A stretch of 64,000 nucleotides of DNA, taken from NCBI GenBank assembly GCA_964586255.1, contig CAZPGE010000003.1, positions 66,537 to 130,536 on the forward strand, given 5' to 3'. The notes below the pieces were generated by a model that was not told the origin of the DNA, searched no databases, and worked only from the letters and a program-made list of their open reading frames with translations. Shown here one piece after another: positions 56,797-64,000 of this stretch (within the stretch, counting starts at the first letter, position 1; each line of letters begins with the position of its first letter). Position numbers and translations under genes: made by a program. This DNA comes from an uncultured Candidatus Saccharibacteria bacterium (GTDB taxonomy: Bacteria; Patescibacteriota; Minisyncoccia; Phycocordibacterales; UBA2100).

Positions 56797-57162
56797 GTGG
56801 TAGTCCAAAAGACAATAGACAATCTCAAAGAACGCTCCAAAGACGAGCGGCAAGTCGTAGCCGGTGGCGTCGCGGTCACCGTCGTCGTGATTTTGCTCGT
56901 GGGCTGGGCGGTCCTTTTCTTTAAGCGTATCCAAAACGGTTCTCAAGAAATCAACTTTGACAGTGGTGCGCAGGAGGAATTCAATTTCGGTGCGACGCGC
57001 GAAGCGCAAGATGCGATAGAAGCATCTCGCAACCAGTCCAGTGAAGACCTCTACCGACTTCGTGACGACGCAGCGGGCAATCAGCTCAGGGGCGAGGGGG
57101 AGATATACCTTCAGGAAATAGGTGGCAGCTCCGATCAATTCGGCAGCGACCAAAACTTCTAG
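56797..57162 (+). CDS. Hypothetical membrane-anchored protein (121 aa)
   Basis: Single TM anchor (VAGGVAVTVVVILLVGWAVLFF) and an acidic tail. Confidence 0.45.
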   Translation: MVVQKTIDNLKERSKDERQVVAGGVAVTVVVILLVGWAVLFFKRIQNGSQEINFDSGAQEEFNFGATREAQDAIEASRNQSSEDLYRLRDDAAGNQLRGEGEIYLQEIGGSSDQFGSDQNF

Positions 57163-57232
57163 AAATGAGGCCTCAGTAGAGCCGTAATAGGGTGGATACC
57201 TAATGGATTTTGTGATACTATAGAGGTACTTT

Positions 57233-59725
57233 ATGGCCCGCGGAAAAGAGGTAAAACAGCCTGATTCTGAGGCGCCAAAACCGGCACACATAAACGTGAT
57301 TTCGCGCTCCATCACGACGGAGATGCGCGAGTCGTACCTCGACTACGCAATGTCGGTCATTACGGCGCGCGCGCTTCCTGATGTACGCGACGGCCTGAAG
57401 CCCGTGCATCGTCGTATTCTCTATGCTATGCACGAAGCGGGTCTCTCTGCCTCGGCAAAGACACGCAAATCGGCGACCGTGGTCGGTGATGTGCTCGGTA
57501 AATACCACCCACACGGCGACGCATCGGTGTACGACGCGATGGTCCGCATGGCGCAGGACTTCTCGATGCGCTACCCGCTCATCATCGGTCAGGGCAACTT
57601 CGGCTCGATAGACGGCGATGGGGCTGCAGCGTACCGCTATACAGAAGCGAAGATGTCGCGCCTTGCCGGCGAGATGTTGCGTGATATCGATAAAGAGACG
57701 GTGGATTTTCGCCCCAACTACGACAACACGAAGCAAGAGCCCGTGGTGATGCCTGCTGCATTTCCCAACCTGCTCCTCAACGGCACGCTCGGTATCGCCG
57801 TGGGTATGGCGAGCAACATCCCGCCGCACAACCTGCGCGAGACGTGCGACGCAGCAATGCACTTGATAGACAATGCAGATGCGACGACGGAAGACCTCCT
57901 GCAGTTTGTACAAGGACCCGATTTCCCGACCGGCTGCATCGCGTTTAACAAGAAAGATATCGCACACGCGTATGCGACGGGCCGCGGCGGTGTGGTGGTG
58001 CGTGGCAATGCGGAAATCGTGGAAGGAAAGAAGAGTGACTACCAAATAATCATCACCTCGATTCCGTACCGCGTCGTCAAGGCGGACCTCATCACGAAAG
58101 TCGCGGACCTCGTCCACGAGAAGAAGCTCGAAGGCGTGCGCGATATCCGCGATGAGAGCACGACAGACGTGCGCATCGTGATTGAGCTCAAGGGCAATGC
58201 GCATCCACAGACGGTGCTCAACTATCTCTACAAACACACGCAGCTTGAAGAGACTTTTCACTACAACCTTGTTGCCCTCGTCGATGGTGTACCGCAGACG
58301 CTCTCACTCAAGGCGATGCTCGAGAGCTTTGTCGCACATCGCAAAGAGGTAGTGACGCGCCGTACGAAGTACGATCTCAAGATTGCGGAAGCACGCGAAC
58401 ACATCCTCCTTGGTCTCAAGAAGGCACTCGACCACATCGACGAGATCATCGCACTCATCAAAAAATCCAAAGATGTCGACGAGGCGAGAATCAACCTCAT
58501 GTCGAAGTTCAAATTCTCCGAACTCCAGGCACAGGCGATTCTCGATATGCGCCTCCAGAAGCTTGCTGGTCTCGAGAGAAAGAAAATCGAAGACGAGCTC
58601 AGAGAAGTGCAGGCGCTCATCGAAGAGCTTCGAGCGCTTCTCAAGAGCGAAAAGAAAATGATGGAGCTCATCAAGAAAGAGATGCGCGAGCTCAGCGAGA
58701 AATACGGTGACGATAGGCGCACGAAGATTGTAAAAGGTGGTGCGGCGATTCTCTCTGCGGAGGACCTTGTGGCCGACGAAGAGTCGGTGCTCGTCCTCAC
58801 GCAGGGCGGATATATCAAGCGTACCAATCCAAGCGAATATCGCAGGCAGAAGCGCGGTGGTGTCGGTGTCGTCGACCTCGATACCAAAGACGAGGACTTC
58901 GTCACCAACTTCCTTACCGCATCCGCACACTCCGACCTCCTCTTCTTCTCCGACCGAGGCAAAGCGTATCAGCTCAAAATGTACGAGCTCCCCGAGGGTA
59001 AGCGTGCGACCAAAGGCAAGTCCATCATGAACTTTATTTCGCTCGAGCAGGGCGAGCAGATTACCTCCATCCTCTCGATGCCAAAAGAAAAGAAGGCGAC
59101 ACAGGGGCTCTCGCTTCTTATGGTGACGCGTGGCGGCACGGTGAAGCGCGCCGGTGCCGACAACTTCCACGAAGTGCGACGCTCCGGCCTCATTGCGATT
59201 GGTCTCGAAAAAGGTGATGCGCTTATCTCCGCGCAGTTCATCCGCGAGGAAGATGATGCGATGCTCGTCACTGCAAAGGGCCAGTCGATTCGATTTGCCG
59301 CAAAAGATGTACGTGAGATGGGGCGACAGGCTGCGGGCGTCCGCGGCATCAAGCTCACCTCAGGCGACAGTGTCGTTGGCTCCGGCATCATCCCCAAAGG
59401 CTCGAAGGGCGAGCTCCTCGTGCTCTCTTCGACCGGCTATGGCAAGAAGACGCCGCTCAGTGAATACAAAGTGCAAGGACGCGGAGGCAGCGGCATCAAG
59501 ACCATGTCAATCACTACAAAGACAAAACAGCTTGTGGGCGGCGCTGTAGTACTCACGGGCGGGGAGCTTGTAGCGATGTCAAAGAAGTCGCAGACGATTC
59601 GCACGGGTCTCGACGAAATCCCGAAACTCTCGCGTGCGACGCAGGGTGTGCGCGTCATGAAGCTCTATGAAGGCGACCAGGTGGCATCGTTTGTGATTTT
59701 CGAAGCGGAGACAGTGCAAGAATAG
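57233..59725 (+). CDS. gyrA: DNA gyrase subunit A
   Basis: [28 protein letters not shown] with the active-site Tyr region. C-terminal beta-pinwheel repeats. Confidence 0.95.
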   Translation: MARGKEVKQPDSEAPKPAHINVISRSITTEMRESYLDYAMSVITARALPDVRDGLKPVHRRILYAMHEAGLSASAKTRKSATVVGDVLGKYHPHGDASVYDAMVRMAQDFSMRYPLIIGQGNFGSIDGDGAAAYRYTEAKMSRLAGEMLRDIDKETVDFRPNYDNTKQEPVVMPAAFPNLLLNGTLGIAVGMASNIPPHNLRETCDAAMHLIDNADATTEDLLQFVQGPDFPTGCIAFNKKDIAHAYATGRGGVVVRGNAEIVEGKKSDYQIIITSIPYRVVKADLITKVADLVHEKKLEGVRDIRDESTTDVRIVIELKGNAHPQTVLNYLYKHTQLEETFHYNLVALVDGVPQTLSLKAMLESFVAHRKEVVTRRTKYDLKIAEAREHILLGLKKALDHIDEIIALIKKSKDVDEARINLMSKFKFSELQAQAILDMRLQKLAGLERKKIEDELREVQALIEELRALLKSEKKMMELIKKEMRELSEKYGDDRRTKIVKGGAAILSAEDLVADEESVLVLTQGGYIKRTNPSEYRRQKRGGVGVVDLDTKDEDFVTNFLTASAHSDLLFFSDRGKAYQLKMYELPEGKRATKGKSIMNFISLEQGEQITSILSMPKEKKATQGLSLLMVTRGGTVKRAGADNFHEVRRSGLIAIGLEKGDALISAQFIREEDDAMLVTAKGQSIRFAAKDVREMGRQAAGVRGIKLTSGDSVVGSGIIPKGSKGELLVLSSTGYGKKTPLSEYKVQGRGGSGIKTMSITTKTKQLVGGAVVLTGGELVAMSKKSQTIRTGLDEIPKLSRATQGVRVMKLYEGDQVASFVIFEAETVQE

Positions 59726-59776
59726 TTTCCCCATTCACTTTTTTTCCGCGACGAGAATGCACATCGGCGTTATATA

Positions 59777-60355
59777 ATGAGCGCAATGTCTGCGCACACT
59801 TCGCGTTTCGCGCACCCGCATCGCAATATCGATGCACTCGGTATCAGGCCGGGGCAGACTGTCGTCGATTTTGGAGCGGGGAGTGGCGCATACGTCTTTG
59901 CTATCGCAGAGCGCCTCAAAGGCATGGGACACATCTATGCTGTCGACGTGCAGCAAGAGCTCCTGAGACGGATTAAAAATGAATCGCACAAGAGGGGATT
60001 CAAGAATGTAGAGATTATTTGGAGTGACTTGGAGAAGCCCAATAGCTCCATGATTGCAGACCGTCACGCTGACCTCGTGCTGATTTCAAACCTGCTCTTT
60101 CAAGTCGACGCGAAAGAGGCGGTGCTTGCCGAAGCGTGGCGCATATTGAATGCGGCCGGGACACTCGCGGTCATAGACTGGAGTGACTCCTTTGGCGGCA
60201 TGGGTCCAGTGAAGAAAGATGTCGTAAAAAAAGAGAAAGCTATGGAGCTCGCCGATAGAGCCGGCTTTGATCACGTCGGCGACTTTGATGCGGGGGCGCA
60301 TCACTATGGACTGCTCTTTCAGCCAAAGATAGGTGATAATAACCGCACGGTATGA
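59777..60355 (+). CDS. Class I SAM-dependent methyltransferase
   Basis: SAM motif I VVDFGAGSGAYVFAIA. Confidence 0.75.
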   Translation: MSAMSAHTSRFAHPHRNIDALGIRPGQTVVDFGAGSGAYVFAIAERLKGMGHIYAVDVQQELLRRIKNESHKRGFKNVEIIWSDLEKPNSSMIADRHADLVLISNLLFQVDAKEAVLAEAWRILNAAGTLAVIDWSDSFGGMGPVKKDVVKKEKAMELADRAGFDHVGDFDAGAHHYGLLFQPKIGDNNRTV

Positions 60356-61650
60356 AAAGACTTTCAGTATTTCAAGTAATCTTGCTTGCGAGCTTCGGCG
60401 CGATAGCTATTGCAGCAGTGCTTATCTTTGCGTTTGCGGTGGGCGGTGGCTCCACGAGCACTACGGGTGCCGTGCGCATCTGGGGCACGCTCGACGAGAC
60501 CGCATTTACCACCGTGATACGACAGGCTGCAGAGAACAACCCGAACCTCTCTCAGGTCACCTATGAGCAGCAGGACCCGGAAACGTACGACAAGAGACTT
60601 ACCGATGCGCTCGCGAGTGGACAAGGGCCCGATCTCTTTCTTTTCCGCCAAGACAATGCCTTCTCCGATGCGAGCAAAGTCATCCCGATACCATTTACGT
60701 CTCTCACAGAATCGCAATTTAGCTCGGCATTTGTAGATGCCGCACAGCCATTCATCTCGCAAAGTGGTGTGCTCGCGATACCGCTACTCGTCGACCCGCT
60801 CGTCCTCTATTGGAACAAAGACACACTCTCCACCGCCGGATACGCAAAAGCACCACAGTTTTGGGACGAGCTCTACAAAATAGCGGGTGATATCACGAAA
60901 AAGACCGACGCAGGCACGATTCAGAAAAGCGCGCTTCCATTTGGTGAGTATCGCAACGTCAATGGCGCGAAAGCGATTCTCTCCACTTTGATTCTGCAAG
61001 CGGGCGGCAACATCACGACGCGCGACACTGCGGGCAACCTCGTCTCCGCCATCTCGCCGCGTACTGGTGAGACCGCACAGTCCACTGCCAACGCGCTGAG
61101 ATTCTATACGGAGTTTGCCGACCCTTCTAAACCGCACTACACGTGGAACCGTGCTCTTCCGGATGCGCGAAAGTCTTTTGCGGCGGGGGACCTCGCGCTC
61201 TATATAGGCAATGCGAGCGAGGAACCGCTCATCCGCCGCATGAATCCGAATCTTAATTTTTCGGTTTCGGCGGTGCCCCAAATACGCGGTGCTGCACGCG
61301 CGGTGGTCACGGGGTACGTATACGGCCTGGCAGTACCGCGCACCAGCAGCAACCCGTCGGGCGCCGCGATAGTGGCCTTTGACCTTGCGGGAGCGGAGAT
61401 GTCGCGGGCGCTCTCGACTGCGCTCGGCATCCCTTCGGTCAGGCGCGACGTGCTCTCCATGCCAGCAGAGGGCAACGACGTGATATACAACAGACAAGCT
61501 ATCATCACACGCTCCTGGATAGACCCCGACCCAGAAAAGACAGAGGTCATCTTCCGCGATATGATTGAAAGCACGGTCAGTGGTGCCGCGCTCGTGACCG
61601 AAGCTGTGCAAAGAGCGGACCAAGAAATGGCTGCTATGCTAGGACAATGA
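60352..61650 (+). CDS. Extracellular solute-binding protein (ABC transporter SBP family 1), membrane-anchored
   Basis: N-terminal TM anchor. SBP_bac_1-like sequence (…GQGPDLFLF…, LALYIGNASE). No cognate permease or ATPase in the window. Confidence 0.75.
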   Translation: MKRLSVFQVILLASFGAIAIAAVLIFAFAVGGGSTSTTGAVRIWGTLDETAFTTVIRQAAENNPNLSQVTYEQQDPETYDKRLTDALASGQGPDLFLFRQDNAFSDASKVIPIPFTSLTESQFSSAFVDAAQPFISQSGVLAIPLLVDPLVLYWNKDTLSTAGYAKAPQFWDELYKIAGDITKKTDAGTIQKSALPFGEYRNVNGAKAILSTLILQAGGNITTRDTAGNLVSAISPRTGETAQSTANALRFYTEFADPSKPHYTWNRALPDARKSFAAGDLALYIGNASEEPLIRRMNPNLNFSVSAVPQIRGAARAVVTGYVYGLAVPRTSSNPSGAAIVAFDLAGAEMSRALSTALGIPSVRRDVLSMPAEGNDVIYNRQAIITRSWIDPDPEKTEVIFRDMIESTVSGAALVTEAVQRADQEMAAMLGQ

Positions 61651-61994
61651 AATACCTCAAACACACACTCGCATACGCACTTCCGCTTGCGACTCTCATA
61701 GTCGCTGATGTTGCTTCTGCGCAGAATCAACAGCTACAGAATCCGCTCACCATCAGCGACATCTCGGGCTTCATATCGCTCGTCCTCAAGGTCATGGTGA
61801 TGGTGGCGCTTCCTATCATCAGTTTCTTTATCGTGTACTCGGGCTTCCTCTTCATCTCAGCGCAAGGCAATCAAGAGGCGCTCAGCAAAGCCAAGACCAA
61901 TCTTCTCTACGTACTCATCGGTTCTGTATTGATACTCGGCGCGTGGGTGATATCGACGCTCATAGGCGGCACGGTCACGCAGCTTGTCCGCTAA
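61647..61994 (+). CDS. VirB2/TrbC-pilin-like small membrane protein, paralog 1 of 5
   Basis: Signal peptide plus two hydrophobic helices. Shares motif pattern with the next four ORFs. Confidence 0.55.
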   Translation: MKYLKHTLAYALPLATLIVADVASAQNQQLQNPLTISDISGFISLVLKVMVMVALPIISFFIVYSGFLFISAQGNQEALSKAKTNLLYVLIGSVLILGAWVISTLIGGTVTQLVR

Positions 61995-62000
61995 CTACGT

Positions 62001-62393
62001 ATGAGGAAACCTTATCTGTTCGCTCTCTCTGCGGTGGCGCTGCTTTTCCCCGCAGTCACCTTTGCGGCACCGCGCACGTTTAATGAGCTGGCCAATCTCA
62101 TCGTCACGATTCTTGATACGGGCACGGGGCTTCTTATCTTGGGAGGTATCGTGGTGTACTTTTGGGGTATCTCCACAAACATTCTCAAAATGAAAGATGA
62201 GGGGAGCCAGGCATTCAAGGCGTACTTCGTATGGGGACTCATTGCCATTTTTGTCATGTTTTCTATCTGGGGCATTATCGAAATATTGCAGAACACGATA
62301 TTTGGCGGGGACTACTACGACCCGAGTGGTGGAAGCCCGGCGCAATCCGGAGGCGGCGGTTCGTCGACGCAGTTTCCTGTATTTGGCGAATAA
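62001..62393 (+). CDS. VirB2/TrbC-pilin-like small membrane protein, paralog 2
   Basis: Signal peptide AVALLFPAVTFA. …VVYFWGISTNI…GLIAIFVMFSIWGIIEILQNT. Gly-rich tail. Confidence 0.55.
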   Translation: MRKPYLFALSAVALLFPAVTFAAPRTFNELANLIVTILDTGTGLLILGGIVVYFWGISTNILKMKDEGSQAFKAYFVWGLIAIFVMFSIWGIIEILQNTIFGGDYYDPSGGSPAQSGGGGSSTQFPVFGE

Positions 62394-62396
62394 GAT

Positions 62397-62780
62397 ATGA
62401 GGCGCGCCCTCCTGCCACTTTGTATCGTGCTCCTGCCCTCCGCGGCATCTGCCCAGGTGCTCTCACAGGTATCCGGACTTTTCAATATCATGGTCGGGCT
62501 GATGCTCGTCTTTGCCTTCCTCTTCTTTTTCGGGGGCTTAGGCATGTGGTTTGTGCGTCTTGGGACATGGCCGACGTATCGCGATGAAGCCATCAGACTG
62601 ATGCAGTGGGGCGTGGTGATTCTCTTCGTGCTCGCTGCGCTCCTCGCAATCGTTCAGTTTGTGCAAAAACACGTGGCCGCGGCTACGTTCTTGGCAGGCA
62701 TCGTCATCGTGATTGGTGTGGCGTGGATGGTGGTCACCGTTTCTCAGGCCAAGGGAGAGGACGACGAGAAGAAGCATTAA
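62397..62780 (+). CDS. VirB2/TrbC-pilin-like small membrane protein, paralog 3
   Basis: Signal peptide LLPSAASA followed by two TM helices. Confidence 0.55.
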   Translation: MRRALLPLCIVLLPSAASAQVLSQVSGLFNIMVGLMLVFAFLFFFGGLGMWFVRLGTWPTYRDEAIRLMQWGVVILFVLAALLAIVQFVQKHVAAATFLAGIVIVIGVAWMVVTVSQAKGEDDEKKH

Positions 62781-62851
62781 AAGGGCTATCCACACTAGGC
62801 GCCGCGGTGTCTATTGTATTTTCGGCCCCCAGGGCTACGATTAGTCTAATT

Positions 62852-63235
62852 ATGACTAAAACGAGCTTCGCTATGCGCGCACGATTAATCTTCACATCTG
62901 TAGTTACCGCCGCTGTTATCGGTCTTCCGTCTTTTGTCGGCGCGGCCAGCCTCTTTGATACGCTCTCTCTGGCCAATACGTTCCTCAACGCGCTCATCGG
63001 TCTCTTCATTACGCTCGCAATCGTCGTCTTCTTCTGGGGCCTCATCAAATACCTCTGGAGCGTAAGCTCGGAAAATGCGAGTGAAGGCCTCCAAATCATG
63101 ATGTACGGCGTCATCGCCATCTTCGTCATGGTGTCAATCTGGGGCATCATCCGCCTCTTGCAGAACACGTTCAAAGTTACCTCTACGGATCCGATCATCC
63201 CGAAGGGTATCCAGATAAACGCAGTGCAGTACTAG
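62852..63235 (+). CDS. VirB2/TrbC-pilin-like small membrane protein, paralog 4
   Basis: …VVFFWGLIKYLW…GVIAIFVMVSIWGIIRLLQNTF is almost identical in pattern to paralog 2. Start re-set to MTKTSF. Confidence 0.55.
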   Translation: MTKTSFAMRARLIFTSVVTAAVIGLPSFVGAASLFDTLSLANTFLNALIGLFITLAIVVFFWGLIKYLWSVSSENASEGLQIMMYGVIAIFVMVSIWGIIRLLQNTFKVTSTDPIIPKGIQINAVQY

Positions 63236-63255
63236 GCTGCTAGGCGAGGCTACTC

Positions 63256-63567
63256 ATGAACGCTGCCTCAACGCTCATAGATAGGTTTGTTGATTACATC
63301 ATAAACCCGATGATTCTCATCGTGTTTGCGACAGGATTCTTCCTGTTTGTCTGGGGGCTCGTGCAGTTTATCTACAAGCTCGACGAAGGCGCGCAATCGA
63401 GCGGCAAACAGCATATGCTCTGGGGTATCGTGGGCATGCTCATCATGGTCTCTGTATACGGCATCATTGGACTGATCGACGAGACCTTCAACCTCGACAT
63501 CGGCAATCCCGACATGAGCCGTATGAACAACATCACGGCTCCAGCGGATTTCGGGGGACAGCAGTAG
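63256..63567 (+). CDS. VirB2/TrbC-pilin-like small membrane protein, paralog 5
   Basis: …LFVWGLVQFIYK…GIVGMLIMVSVYGIIGLIDETF. Confidence 0.55.
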   Translation: MNAASTLIDRFVDYIINPMILIVFATGFFLFVWGLVQFIYKLDEGAQSSGKQHMLWGIVGMLIMVSVYGIIGLIDETFNLDIGNPDMSRMNNITAPADFGGQQ

Positions 63568-63730
63568 GAGCGTTCGTATCTTGGCAGAGGGGCTCGGCCA
63601 AGAGCTCGTTTTGATGCCGTCGCATCAAAACTCCTCTCGGCACTGCTCGCGTCGCCCCATCTGTTGATGGGGCCCCCGCCGCTCCCTTTCGAGTCTCCCT
63701 CTGACCAAAAACAGTAATCGCCGAGAGATG

Positions 63731-63812
63731 TACTCTCGGCTCAACTGTTTTAGTGGGCAGAGGGAGACTCGAACTCCCAACCCTTGCGGGACTAGGTCCT
63801 AAGCCTAGCGCG
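63731..63812 (-). tRNA. tRNA-Leu (TAG), type-II
   Basis: Minus-strand reading GGGCAGA-TG-GCGGAATTGGTATACGC-G-CTAGG-CTTAGGA-CCTAG-TCCCGCAAGGGTT-GGGAGTTCGAGTCTCCC-TCTGCCC-A. Confidence 0.85.
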
Positions 63813-64000
63813 TATACCAATTCCGCCATCTGCCCAACTCGCGTATCCTACCAAATAATCACTCCCTTGGCGCTGTCTCTGTGGTCACAGATAATTCGTT
63901 CGCGGCCATTCTCAGTAGGATGCGGCCAAGCGCTCAGCGTGACTCCGGCCCGCACTTCGTGGTCACAAATAATCCCTCGCCGTCGCTCGCGATTTTCGCG

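Noticed and set aside
63676-63697. tRNA-Leu 3'-half copy in inverted orientation upstream of tRNA-Leu; considered as an att site
   Set aside because: Integrase att duplications are direct, not inverted. More likely a rearrangement relic or part of a long terminator-like hairpin. Kept only as a note under the pilin-array finding.

Overview
This 64-kb window is high-GC (~60%) and gene-dense, with a compact, reduced-genome character (short SMC with no obvious hinge, rpsP–KH–trmD cluster lacking rimM and rplS, frequent abutting or overlapping genes). The backbone is core housekeeping: nusB(-Nudix)–rnc; smc; rpsP–KH–trmD; rpoB–rpoC; dnaG–rpoD; pgsA, hsp20, prsW, valS, tsaD, ABC exporter, tsaC; pyrF–pyrE; trxB–ftsZ–ftsA–ybeY–rpsU–hisS-like–lepB; pth; rpsA; mscL; gyrA. 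There are four tRNAs (Val-GAC +, Glu-TTC −, Ser-CGA +, Leu-TAG −). The backbone is interrupted by accessory material, listed here in order of interest. (1) A ~2.5-kb AT-rich island (35.65–38.14 kb) abuts the 3' end of tRNA-Glu, has an 11-bp repeat of the tRNA 3' end at its far border, and carries a co-directional three-gene operon whose middle gene has an R-x4-H HEPN-like motif; this is the best candidate for an undescribed defence/abortive-infection-type module. (2) A 28-bp direct repeat of the tRNA-Ser 3' end lies 186 bp downstream of that tRNA. (3) A ~96-bp degenerate direct duplication of the smc 3' end brackets a 640-bp insert with one hypothetical ORF. (4) A 5.5-kb block of small, individually terminated genes (19.7–25.3 kb) is punctuated by a family of GC-rich hairpin repeats and includes a secreted HExxH protease, a DUF167 protein and a stand-alone PD-(D/E)xK nuclease. 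(5) A tandem array of five paralogous VirB2/TrbC-pilin-like small membrane proteins sits next to tRNA-Leu. The NusB–Nudix fusion, the structured region downstream of rnc, and two tiny strong-RBS ORFs between pth and rpsA are also flagged. No rRNA or CRISPR array was found.
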